A DNA stretch of 64,000 bases. It comes from the human T2T-CHM13v2.0 reference genome, Homo sapiens. The DNA lies in NCBI RefSeq assembly GCF_009914755.1, contig NC_060929.1; one strand, 5' to 3'. This document shows positions 1 through 13,569 of this stretch, piece by piece. The notes under the pieces are model-generated. The model was not told where the DNA came from. It saw only the letters and a list, made by a program, of their open reading frames with translations, and did not search any database. The stretch's first letter is position 1, and the number at the start of each line of letters is the position of its first letter. Position numbers and translations under genes: made by a program.

Positions 1-267
<267 letters not shown>

Positions 268-619
268 TCATTACTTTGGCTATTCTTGTTTTCTCCATGG
301 AAGGCAGAAATCACATCTCTTTTCATGATGAAATATCTTAGCTTGGTTGGCTTCAATTAGCTGATCTTTGGAACAACACACTCAAACCCACCACATCAAT
401 GTGTCATTACTTTTTTCTCCAAAATAGCATTAATGGTGGAGGAAACTAAGCATGACACCTGGGAGATGTTTTCAATTTTTTCTTGAAAATTCATGTGAAT
501 TTTGTAATTTTACTCTGATATTTGGTGTTTGTAATCATGATACTGTTCTTATTTTAATTTAAAAACACCAAATCTGTGAGTAAAATTGGTACTCCAGGAA
601 GATGTATTATGTCTATCCT

Positions 620-850
620 GTTCTTATATTTAACAAATATTTAATGAGAACTTTTTTTTTCTGCTGAGAACATAGCAGAGGTCACTGCTCCTCTTGGCAT
701 TGACAGTATAACCACACAACACATATAACACATAATTACAAATAATTATACAGAGAAGTGAAAGGTGTTACGGTGTGTCCAGAAGGGAGAACTAAACCGG
801 CTCAAAGGATTAGGAAAAGTGATGTTTAAACAAAAAATTGAGTAGGAGGT
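620..850 (-). mobile_element. Degraded L2 3' fragment
   Basis: tttaacaaatatttaatgag... resembles reverse complement of L2 3' end; highly diverged. Confidence 0.4.
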
Positions 851-895
851 ATGTTTGACTACTGCCTGGCTTACATTTATTAAAGAAAGAGAACC

Positions 896-1324
<429 letters not shown>

Positions 1325-2055
1325 TTAGTTATTTGTTGTTCTATATTTTTGGTATTTTTTCCTCCTCATTAGCATATTGGTTGCTTATGTGTGAGCTTCT
1401 CAATCCTGGTATTTGCAAATGTTGAGGGTAATACTGTATTCTAAGAAAGGCACAGAAATAACCTGGAAGAAAGAATGTCAGGAATGCCCTTGAAAAAAAG
1501 AACTTAATTTCCTAAGCAACAAACAAACTCTTGAAATAGTGACCTCTGGTTCTAATTCCTTAAGGCTCTTTAAAATCTATACTTTGCCCACCTTTTTCCT
1601 TCTCTGCAAAATAGGAATGGCACAATGGAGTTGACTAACAATTAATTTTCTTAGTTACAAATTTTGCTGGGATCTTTAGCCCTGTTCTATTTAGTTAAAG
1701 AAACCAAGTTGTTGACTAATGGTGAAGATTGTTTGCTAAAGGCCCTAGATATTATCTTAAGAAAATGAGTTAAGAATAATGAATAAACATAGATGACAAT
1801 TAGTGGATTCTGTGTTAGGTCCTCACATGGAACCAGATGGTCTAGTGATGCATGTAAATAGATAATTTATTTCATTTGTAGATCTGAAAGTTAAATAAAG
1901 AATTAGATGTTTGTTATTAAAGTGCATTTGCCAATGTGCTCTAATTTAATACATTGCTAAAATAAATGCAGGGTGAAGTTAAGGGGACTAATTATTTTTG
2001 GTCAGCTGGGGATAAAGTGAAAAGATTCTTCAGGATTTGCAGCTTGCAATCTAAC

Positions 2056-2808
<753 letters not shown>

Positions 2809-4871
2809 GTGCCTATTTATTTTTTCTTTTCTTTAGAAAGTGAAAATAATAGCTATAAGTGTTCAATATATTGGTCCACAGAATAATTAGCTTTCTGAAA
2901 ATTTGTGCATATGCAATTAGGAAAAATAGCATGACATTGTTTTTGACAGGATTACTCCATGCTTTATTAAAAGTTATGAATCAATTTACCATTGAAAATG
3001 ACAGCAGGGAGCAGAACAAGATGGCAGAATATAAGTGTACACTTTCCACCTTCCCAGCTAGAAGATCAAATTTTAACAACTATCTGCACACAGAAAAATA
3101 TCATCACAAGAACAAAAAATCAGGTGAGCAATTACGGTATGTGTTTTTAACTTCTTATAGTGGAAAGAGACATTGATAGGCGGCAGGGGAGACAGTCTTG
3201 AATCATTGATGCCACCCCTCCCCCATTCCCCAGCAGTGGTGTTGCAGCACAGTGAGAGAATCTGTGCACTTTGGAAAGGGAGAGCACAGAGACTGGAGGA
3301 CTTTACATTGATCTCAGTGCTGCCTTGTGACAGCGGAGAATAAAGCTGTGCTGGTCTGAGCCAGCACTCGTGCACAGAGGGAGCACTTGGATCAGCTCTA
3401 GCCAGAGGAATCACCTATCCCAGCAGTCAGAATTTGAGTTTCTTGGCAAGCCTTACCATCATAAGCTGAAGTGTTCTGGGGTCCTAAATAAATTCAAAAG
3501 GTAGCCTAGGACATGAAGACTGCAGTTCCTACGCAACTCCTAGCGCTAGGCTGGGCTTAGAGCCAGTGAATTAGGGCAGCACATGACCTAAGGAGACAGC
3601 AGCTGGCACAGCTAAGGAGCACTTGTGCCATCCCTTCTTCAATCCCAGGCAGTGCAGTTAATAGTCACAAAAAGTGACTCCTTCCTTTTGCTTCAGGAGA
3701 GGAGAGCAAAGAGTAAAGAGTACTGTGTCTTGCCTCTTGGATACCAGCTCAGCCACAGTATGATAAATCATTGAGCAGAGTAATGAGGCCCTCATTCCAG
3801 GCCCTGTCTCCCAGATTTCAGACACACTCTTTGAGAAAAGGGAACCTGCTGCCTTGAAGAGAAGGATCCAGTCCTGGCAGAATTAACTACCTGCTGACTT
3901 AAGAGCAGGTCCTTGGTCTCTGAATAACTACCAGCAACACCCAGGAAGTACATGTGGGCCTTGGGCTCTGAGATATGCTGGCTTCAGGGGAGAGCCAGCA
4001 CATTCTCAGCTGTGGTGGCTATGGTGAAATACTCCTCCTGTTCGAGAAAAGGAGAGGGAAAAGTAAAGGGGACTTTCTTTTGCACCCTAGGTACTAGTTC
4101 AGTCACAGTGGAGTAAAGCAACAAGCAGGTTCTTAGGGTCCCCAAGTCCAAGCTTAGGCTCTTAGATTGCATTTGTGGAACTACCCTGGGCTAGAGGGGA
4201 GCCCACTACTCTGAAGAGTGAGTTCTAGGCCTGGCAACATTTACCACAAGCTGACAGAAGAGCCCTTGGGCTTTAAGTGAACACTGGTGATGGCCAGGTA
4301 GAAGCACCTGTGGACCAGTGATTATGACCGCAACAGGGAGAGGTTCCTCTGCCTGTGTAAAGGGAAAGGAAAGTAGGAAGGATTTTGTATTGTGGTTTGA
4401 GTACCAGCTTAGTTGCCGTAGAATAGAACATCAGGTAAATTGCTAAGGTTTTTGACTGCAGTTTCTGGTTCCCAGACAGAATCTCTGGACACACTTGGGG
4501 CCTGGAGAAACTTGCTACACTAAAGGGAAAGGCACTGGGAAAAGCCCAGGGCTGTGCTAGATTCAGGTCTGAGTCAATGCCATTCCAGTGGTGGTGGCCA
4601 CAGAGATGCTTGCATCACCATACCCCAAGTTCCAGGTGGCTCAGCATAGACAGACTCTGTGTGTTTGGGAGAAAGTAAGGAAAAAGAGCAAGAGTGCCTG
4701 GTGATAAAGAGAATTCATCTGGAAATTATTCAAGACCACCAAAACAATACCTCCAGAAGTCTGCAAAACCCACAGTATTATTGGGCATAGGGCTTAAGTC
4801 CTTTCAAATACCTAGAAAGCCTTCCCAAGAAGAACAGACTGTGAAGTTTACAATAAACACCTAACTCTTCA

Positions 4872-6225
4872 ATGCCCAGACATCAAAGAACATATATAAG
4901 TATCAACATCATCCAGGAAAACATGACCTCACCAAATGAACTATGTAAGGGACCAGAGACCAGGCCTGGAGAAATGAAGATATGTGACCTTTCAAATAGA
5001 GAATTCAAAATGGTTGTTTTAAGGAAATTCAAAGAAATTCAAGATGATACACAGAAGGAATTTAGAATACTATCAGATAAATTTAACAAAGAGATTGAAA
5101 TAATTAAAAAGAATCAAGCAGAAATTCTAGGGGTGAAAAATGCAGTTGACATGCTGAAGAATACATCAGAGTCTCTTAATAGCAGAATTGATCAAGCAGA
5201 ATAAATAATTAGTGAGCTTGAAGATAGGCTATTTGAAAATATACATCCAGAAGAGATAAAAGAAAAAAAGAATAAAAAACAATGAGGCAGCAGCCAGGCA
5301 CAATGGCTCACACCTGTAATCTCAGCACTTTGGGAGGCTGAGGCAAGTGGATCACTTGAGGTTAGGTATTTAAGACCAGCCTTAGCAACGTGGTGAAACC
5401 CTGTCTCTCCTGAAAATACAAAATTTAGCTGGGCGTGGTGGAATGTGCCTGTAGTCTCAGTGACTCAGAAGGCTGAGGCAAGAGAATTGCTTTAACCTGG
5501 GAGGTGGAGGTCGCAGTAAGCCAAGATTATGCCACTGCACTCCAGCCTGGGCAACAGAGCAAGGCTCTATCTCATAAAAACAACAAACAAACAACAACAA
5601 CAACAAACAATGAAGCATCCCTATAGGATCTAAAAAATAGCATCAAAGGGGCAAATCTAAGAGTTACTGGCCTTAGAGAGGAAGTAGAGAGAGAGAGGGT
5701 TAGAAAGTTTGTTGAAAGGGATCAGAGCACTTCCCAACAGATAGATTGGGAAGATCTCAATACAGTAATAGCTGGAAACTTCAACACCTCACTTTTTCCC
5801 TAATCTAGAGAAACATATCAACATTCAAGTACAAGAAGGTTATAGAACACCAAGCAGCTTTAACCCAAGGAAGACTACTCAAGGCATGTAATAATCGAAC
5901 ACCCAAAGGTCAAGGGTAAAGAATGGATCTTAAAAGCAGCAAGAGAAAAGAAACAAATAATATACAATGGAGCTCCAAAACATCTGGCATCAGACTTTTT
6001 AGTGGAAACTTTACAGGCTGAGAGGGATTAATATGACATATCTAAAGTGTGGAAAGAAAGAAAACTTTTACTCTAGAATAGTATATCTGGTGAAAATACT
6101 CTTTAAGCATAAAGGAGAAATAAAGACATTCACAGACAAAAGCTGAGGAATTTTGTCAATACTAGACCTGTCCTACAAGAAATGATAAAGGAAGTTCTTA
6201 AATCTGGAAGAAAAGGATATTAATG
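4872..6225 (+). pseudogene. Decayed L1 ORF1p coding remnant (stops, Alu insertion)
   Basis: Coiled-coil L1 ORF1-like peptide in ORF track; ends near ...aaaggatattaa. Confidence 0.8.
5292..5604 (+). mobile_element. AluS inserted in L1 ORF1
   Basis: Dimeric Alu; TSD aaacaatgaggcagc (5277-5291)/aaacaatgaagcatc (5605-5619). Confidence 0.95.
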
Positions 6226-6868
6226 AAAAAGAAGAAATTATCTGAAGATATTAATACAAAACTCACTGGCAATAGTAAGCACACAGAAAACATGGAATAG
6301 TGTAACAATGTAGTTGTGGTGTGAAAACTTCTCAAGTAGAAAGACTAAATGATGAACCAATAAAAAATAACTACAACGTTTCAAGACAGAAAGTACAATA
6401 AGATATAAATAGCAACAATAAAAAGTTTAAAAGTAGGGATACAAAGTTACAGTGTAGCGTTTTTACTAGTTTTCTTTTTGTTTGTTTGTTTGCTTGCTTA
6501 TGCAATCATTGTTAAGTCATCATCAGTTTAAAATGGTGGGTTGTAAGATAGTATTTGCAAGCCTCATGGTAACCTCAAATAGAAAAACATACAATGGGTA
6601 CACAAAAAGTAAAAAGAAAGAAATTAAAGCATATCCACCAGAGAAAATCACTTTCACTAAATGGATGACAGGAAGGAAGGAAAGCAGAAAAAGACCACAA
6701 AAACCACCAAAAAACAAATAACAAAATGGTAGAAGTAAGTCCCTACTTATAAATAGAAACATTGAATGTAAATGGACTAAACTCTAATTAAAAAAAAAAA
6801 AAACAGAATGGCTGAATGGATAAAAAAACAAGACTTGGTGATCTGTTGCCTACAAGAAACACACTTCA

Positions 6869-7296
<428 letters not shown>

Positions 7297-8259
7297 TTAT
7301 TTATTATGTAACGATAAAGAGGTCAATTCATCAACAGGATATAATTATTGTAAATATATATGCACCCAACACTAGAGCACCCAGATGTTTAAAGCAAATG
7401 TTATTACAGCTAAAGAAAGAGATAGGTCTCAATATAGTAATAGCTGGAAACTTCAACACCCCACTTTCAGCAACTGACAGATCACCCAGACAAAAAATCA
7501 ACAAAGAAACATTGGACTTAATCTGTACTATAGACTAAATGGACCTAATAGATATTTACAGAACATTTCATCAAAGGCTACAGAACATACATTCTTCTCT
7601 TCAGCATATGGGTCATTCTCAAGGATAGACCATATTTTAGGTCATAAAACAAGACAAGTCTTAAAACATTGAAATGATATCAAGCATTTTTTCTGAACAC
7701 AGTGGAAGAAAACTAGAAATCAATAACAAGAGGAATTTTGGAAATATATAAACACATGGAAATTAAACAATATGCTTCTGAATGACCAGTGGGTCAATGA
7801 AGAAATTAAGAAGAAAACTAAAAAATTTATTGGAGTGAATGATAATGGAAACACAACATATCAAAACCTGTAAGATGCAGAGAAAGCAGTACTAAGAGGG
7901 AAATGTATAGCGATTAAGTGCCTAAAACAAAAACAAAGGAAAAACCTCAAATAAATAATCTAACTCATCTTAAAGGATTAGAAAAGCAAGAGCAAGCCAA
8001 ACCCAAATTTAGTGGAAGAAAAGAAATGATAAATATCAGTGCATAAATCAATGAATTTGAAGTTAAGAAAACAATACAAAAGATCAATAAAACAAAAAGC
8101 TGTTTTTTTTGGAAAGATAAACAAAATTGACAAATCTTTAGCCAGACTAACAAAGCAAAGACAACAACCAACAAAGTGCAGAGACAACCCACAGAATGGG
8201 ACAAAATATTTGCAAACTACCCATCTGACAAGGGATTAAGAACCAGAATATAAAAGAAG

Positions 8260-8261
<2 letters not shown>

Positions 8262-8298
<37 letters not shown>
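8262..8298. repeat. (TA)n microsatellite
   Basis: Uninterrupted TA run. Confidence 0.98.
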
Positions 8299-8300
<2 letters not shown>

Positions 8301-9974
8301 GAAAAATGTAATAATCTGATTAAAAAATGGGCAGAAGATCTGAATGGATATTTCTCAAAAGAAGACATATGAATGAGGGCATATGAAAATATGCTCAACA
8401 TCATTAATCATCAGAGAATTGCAAACCAAAACTGCAATGAAATATCATCTCACTCCAGTTAAAATGGACTTTATTCAAAAGATAGGCAATAATAAATGCT
8501 GGTGAGGATGTGGAGAAAAGGGAATCCTCATGCACTGTTGGTAATGTGTATTATTAATGGTACAACCACTATGGAGAACAGTCTGGAGATTCCTCAAAAC
8601 ACTAAAATAGAGCTACCATACAATCCAGCAATGCTACTGTTGGGTATATACCTCAAAGAAAGGAAATCAGTATACCATGCACTTCCATGTTTGCTGCAGC
8701 CCGGTTCACAATAGCCAAGATTTGAAAGTAACCTAAGTGTCCATCAACAGATGGATGGATAAAGAACATGTGGTACATATACACAATAGAGTACTATTCA
8801 GCCATAAAAAGAATGAGATTCTGTCATTTGCACAGCATGGATGGAACTGGAGTTCATTATGTTAAGCTAAATTAGCCAGATACAGAAAGACAAACATCAC
8901 GTGTTGTCACTTATTTGTGGGATCTAAAAATTAAGACAATTGAAGTCATGGACATAGAGAGTAGAAGGATGGTTACCAGAGGCTGTGATGGGTAGTGTGA
9001 AGGTGAAAAGGGGTGGCTGTGGGGGAGTGGGGTGAAATGGGGATGGTTAATGAGTAAAACAAAAAAAAAAAAAATAGAAAGAATGAATAAGACCTAGTAT
9101 TTGATAGAACAACAGGAGGGAAATAATTTTAAAATGTTCAATAAAAATTGTACATTTTAAAGTAACTAAAAGAATATAATTGGATTGTTTGTAACCCAAA
9201 GGATAAATGCTTGAGGGATAAATAGCTAATTTTCCATGATGTGATTATTATGCATTGCAGGCCTGTACCAAAATATCTCATGTACCCCATAAATGTATAC
9301 ACCTGCTATGTATCCACAAATTTTTTTAAAAAAGAAAGTGGCAGGTTTCTGCCCCCACAGAATAATGAACAGTGCTTCCTAATTTGCATACCAACATATT
9401 TCAACTCGTTGCACACTTTGTAAATATCTATTGTATTGGTAGAAAGTTATCAAAAGTAGAAAGAATCTCAAACCGTGTTCTTCAATATTTAATCATACAA
9501 TTCCATGCCAATGTATTTATTATAAATTTTTATTTGATACATAAAACAGAGAAGAGTTAGAATTCCTTATAAATGATTTTTGAAAAAAATATTTCCCTGA
9601 AAACTCTAAGGATGGGGGCAAATCCCTTGTATCATAGATAAAAGGAAGGTTTGCATATACACTTTTTAATATAACAAAAATGAAAATTACGATACCTAAG
9701 GGATTTCAGGTAATCGCCTTAGCTCTAAATGAATTATTCAGAATGTTTTGATGATAACAATACTAGTAAAGGAATGACATAAAAAGGGGTGGAGAAATTG
9801 TAGATTTACCATTTTGTCCCTATGCAAAACAATGCTCCTGATAATACTACATCTAGATACAGCTTCTTCTAAAGGATGTGAAAAGTCATTGTTTATATCT
9901 GAGTAATAAAATTAACTGCCTACAAGATTGCCAAAAATTTGAAAGATATTGTTTGCTAAGGTTTTTGTGAATCT

Positions 9975-10320
9975 ATCAGAGTTCTTAGTTGCAGACAAAA
10001 GCATCTATTTTAGTTAATTTAAGCAGAAATGAGGCTTGTTAAAAATTATTTGATGATCAGAAAATTAGGATAGTTGGAGAAACAGGCTGTAAGCTAAGTA
10101 TTCCAGAATACCTCTCACAGCAATGCTTCAGACCTGCCCTGGTGAGGGACTGCTGCCATCTGGGAACATACTGCCTCTGCCACCCCCAGTGCCAGCAGAA
10201 ACCATGACTTGTGTCTAGCCACTCCCTCATGGAATTCTTTTTTGATTATTTTCAGTGAATGATTCTAACTGGTGCTTTCCTAGCTGGAGAGGTATGTGGG
10301 AAATGTAGTTTTTTGAATTC
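9975..10320. mobile_element. Degraded MaLR (MLT1-type) LTR fragment
   Basis: tcagagttcttagttgcagac...aagcagaaa and tagctggagagg...gggaaatgtagttt motifs. Confidence 0.4.
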
Positions 10321-10419
10321 TACTTTGAAAAAGAGGGATTCTAATGTGTAAAATTATTAAAACATAGAAAAGGTGTTCAAAATGTTTGAGGAGCCTCAAA
10401 AACTAATGTCCTTCTCAGT

Positions 10420-11090
10420 AAAGATATTGGGACAGGAGTTCTCTCATAGAATACTGATAGAAGTATCAACTGGAGAGTAATTTTTGAAAGGCAATTTGGT
10501 GGTGCCAGTGATAATTTCAGAGGCATAATCACTATGATTAGCTTTTTTCACTTCTACAAATCTACCCTGGAAAAATAATTATATATCTACCAAAAAATAT
10601 GTAAAGATGCTTGCTTAGGCATTGTTTGTAACACTAAAAATAGTCAACATTAACTTCTTACTATATGCTCTAAGTGTTTTGCATGTTCTACCTACTTACA
10701 ACATACTCAAACCGGTGAGGTAAGTAAAATTTACCATTACTGTTTTACTGTAGGAAAACAAAGGTCCAGGGGAGTTAAGTAACTAACCTATGGTCACACA
10801 TCTAGTAAAAAGGAAGATGATCCTAATTGCCCATCAATATGAAAATGTTCAGTACATAGTGTTTTATCCAGACTGGAGAAGCACACCATAGTTTAGAAGA
10901 ATAAAGTAAAATTATTTACGCTGACATGAATAGATATCCAAGACATTATTTCATGAAAAAGAAAGTATGACCTGAGCTATATAAAAAATAAATTTGTGTG
11001 TATGCATATATATATGGACAAGAATATAAAGGAAGAAGGAAGGATGTTCTCCAAACCTCTAACAATCTGTTACCTTTGTGATGGATATGA
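10420..11090 (+). mobile_element. Old L1M(E) 3' fragments, interrupted by a MIR at about 10650-10810
   Basis: ggcaatttgg, cattgtttgtaa, gctgacatgaatagatatccaagac; MIR motif aagtaactaacctatggtcacacatctagtaa. Confidence 0.5.
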
Positions 11091-11093
11091 AGG

Positions 11094-11449
11094 TGTATTA
11101 GTCTGTTCTCATGCTGCTAATAAAGACATACCCAAGACTGCGTAATTATAAAGAAAAAAGAAGTTTAATGGACTCACAGTTCCACATGGCTGGGGAGGCC
11201 TCATAATCATGGCAGAAAGCAAAGGAGGAGCAAAGGCACTTCTTACATGGCAGCAGGCAAGAGAGAATGAATGCCAAACAAAATGAGAAACTCCTTATAA
11301 AACCATCAGATCTCACGAGCACTCACTCACTCTCACGAGAACAGTATGGGGTAAACTGTCCCCATGATTCAATTATCTCCATCTGACATATGGGGATTAT
11401 TACAATTCAAGGTGAGATTTGGGTGGGGACACAGAGCCAAACCATATCA
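11094..11449 (-). mobile_element. THE1-family MaLR solo LTR
   Basis: tgtattagtctgttctcatgctgc...acagagccaaaccatatca; perfect 5-bp TSD gaagg (11089-11093/11450-11454). Confidence 0.95.
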
Positions 11450-12109
11450 GAAGGTAAATATTAATGTTTTGTTCTCTGTTTCTGAATCCAACTTTTTATG
11501 AGGAAATGCATTTTCCTATTTCATGTATAACAAACATTTAGGAATCAAATGTTGAAGTTTGAATTCCTGTAAAAAAAAAATTCTTAGTTTGAAGCTTCCA
11601 AACTTAAAAATGTCCTTGAAGTCAACTTGAGGAAAAAAATCCAGAAGTTTGGAGATTTAAGCATTCCTGTGTTAAAGTTACTCATCATTCACACCTATGC
11701 TGGGTGTGAAAAGTTTCATTTTCATTTTATTTTAGTGTAGTTTTATAATCATATCACATGGCTTGGGAACTTCTCTAATGTTTATGAAGAGAAATACCCA
11801 GGTCCTAATATCTTTGCCCCTAAAGGAAGTACCTGCAGTAGAATGTCACTTCTGTTCACAACCACCTCAACTAGTTCCTTTGTGAGTTAACCTTGATAAA
11901 AGAGTTCTCCAACACTTCTGCTTTTGGGTTGCATGAAAAAAAAGAGTCATACTGCTGTGTAACATGACCAGGAGTGGTGACCTTGAGAGGGTTGCTGACA
12001 CACATAGTGTCACCCTGTCCACAGGGACCAGAGTCTTGGTGAAGTAGGACCAAATTCTCACTAATCTCCTTTTATCACCACCTGTGTTCATCACCAAGCC
12101 AATGGAGTA

Positions 12110-12215
12110 CATAGGAATTACCTAGGGAGCTTCCTGGGAACCATTCAACAGAGACTGATTCAGTAGGTCAAGGGTCGAAGGTGGAGCCCAGGATTCTGCA
12201 TTATTAATAGGCTTC
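12110..12215. mobile_element. MER5A-like hAT fragment
   Basis: aattacctagggagctt...gattcagtaggtc...ggattctgcatt. Confidence 0.55.
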
Positions 12216-12220
12216 TACAC

Positions 12221-12752
12221 TGTTGTAGGTGGAATAATGTCTTCTTCCATCCTCCCCTCCAAAAAAAAAAAGATGGCCACATCCACATCCTAATCCCTGG
12301 AATTTGTGAATATATTACTTTACACAGCAAAAGGAACCTCATATATGTGATTAAATTAAGGCTTGTCAAATGCAGAGATTTTACTGGCTTATCTGGATAG
12401 GCCTGATGTAATCACAGGGTCATTAATGTGGAAGAGAGAAGCTAATGAATCAGTGTCCGAGTGATGTGATGTGAGAAGACTTGGCTGGTCATTGCCTTCT
12501 TTGAAGATGGAAGGGGAGACAAGCCAAGGTATGTGAGGTATGTGAGCAGCCACTAGGTGCTGGAAAGGACAAGAAAATGAGTCTCTCTTAGAGCCTCCAG
12601 AAAGGAATACAGGCCTGCCCATATTTTGACTTTAGCCCAATGAGATCCATTTAGGATTTTTGAGCTCTAGAACTGTACAATTATAGTTTTGTGCTGTTTT
12701 AAGATGCTAAATGTATGGTAATTCGTTACAACAGCAACAGGAAACTAATATG
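12221..12752 (+). mobile_element. MaLR LTR (MLT1D/C-like)
   Basis: tgttgtaggtggaataatg...cctaatccctggaatttgtgaatat...gttacaacagcaacaggaaactaata. Confidence 0.88.
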
Positions 12753-13569
12753 CATGAATTTCAAATTTTTTTTTATTTTCTAACTTCTGTTTTAGGTTTG
12801 GAAGTAAGTGTGCACATTTGTGACATGGGTAAATTGCATATCACTGGGGTTTGGTGTACAAATGATTTCATCACCCAGATAGTGAGCATAGTACCAAAGG
12901 TGTTTTCTTCAACCCTCACCCTTCTCTCACCATACACCCTCAAGTAGGGCCCAGTGTCTATTATTTCGATCTTTGTGTTCATATGTACTCAATGTTTAAC
13001 TCCCCCTTATAAGCAAGAACATATGCAATTTGGTTTTCTCTTCCTGCATTAATTTGCTTAGTCTAATACCCTCCAGCTGCATCCTTGTGGCTGCAAAGGA
13101 CATTATTTTCATTCGTTTTATGGCTGTGTAGTATTCCTTCGTGTATATGTACCACATTTTCTTTATCCAGTCCACCACTAATGGGCATCTAGATTGATTC
13201 CATGTCTTTATTACTGTAAATAGTGCTGTGATAAATATATGTGTGCATGTGACTTCTTGGTAGAACAATTTATATTCCTTTTAATATATACCCAGTAATG
13301 GAATGTTGGGTTGAATGGGAATCCTGTTTTAAGATTTTTGAGAAATTTCCAAAGTGCTTTATATGGTGGCTGAATTAATTTACCTTGCCACAACCAGTAT
13401 AATAAACATTCCCTTTTCTCTGCAACCTCACCAACATATGTTATTTTTTTTTAACATTTCGAGCAAATTTTTATTGCTATGACTATATGAAATCTACTTC
13501 TATCCTGAGTGAGGGTGAGCACCTAATTCTCCAGGTGGAGTAAGCTGTGAAAGATGTGACTTTAAAAAA

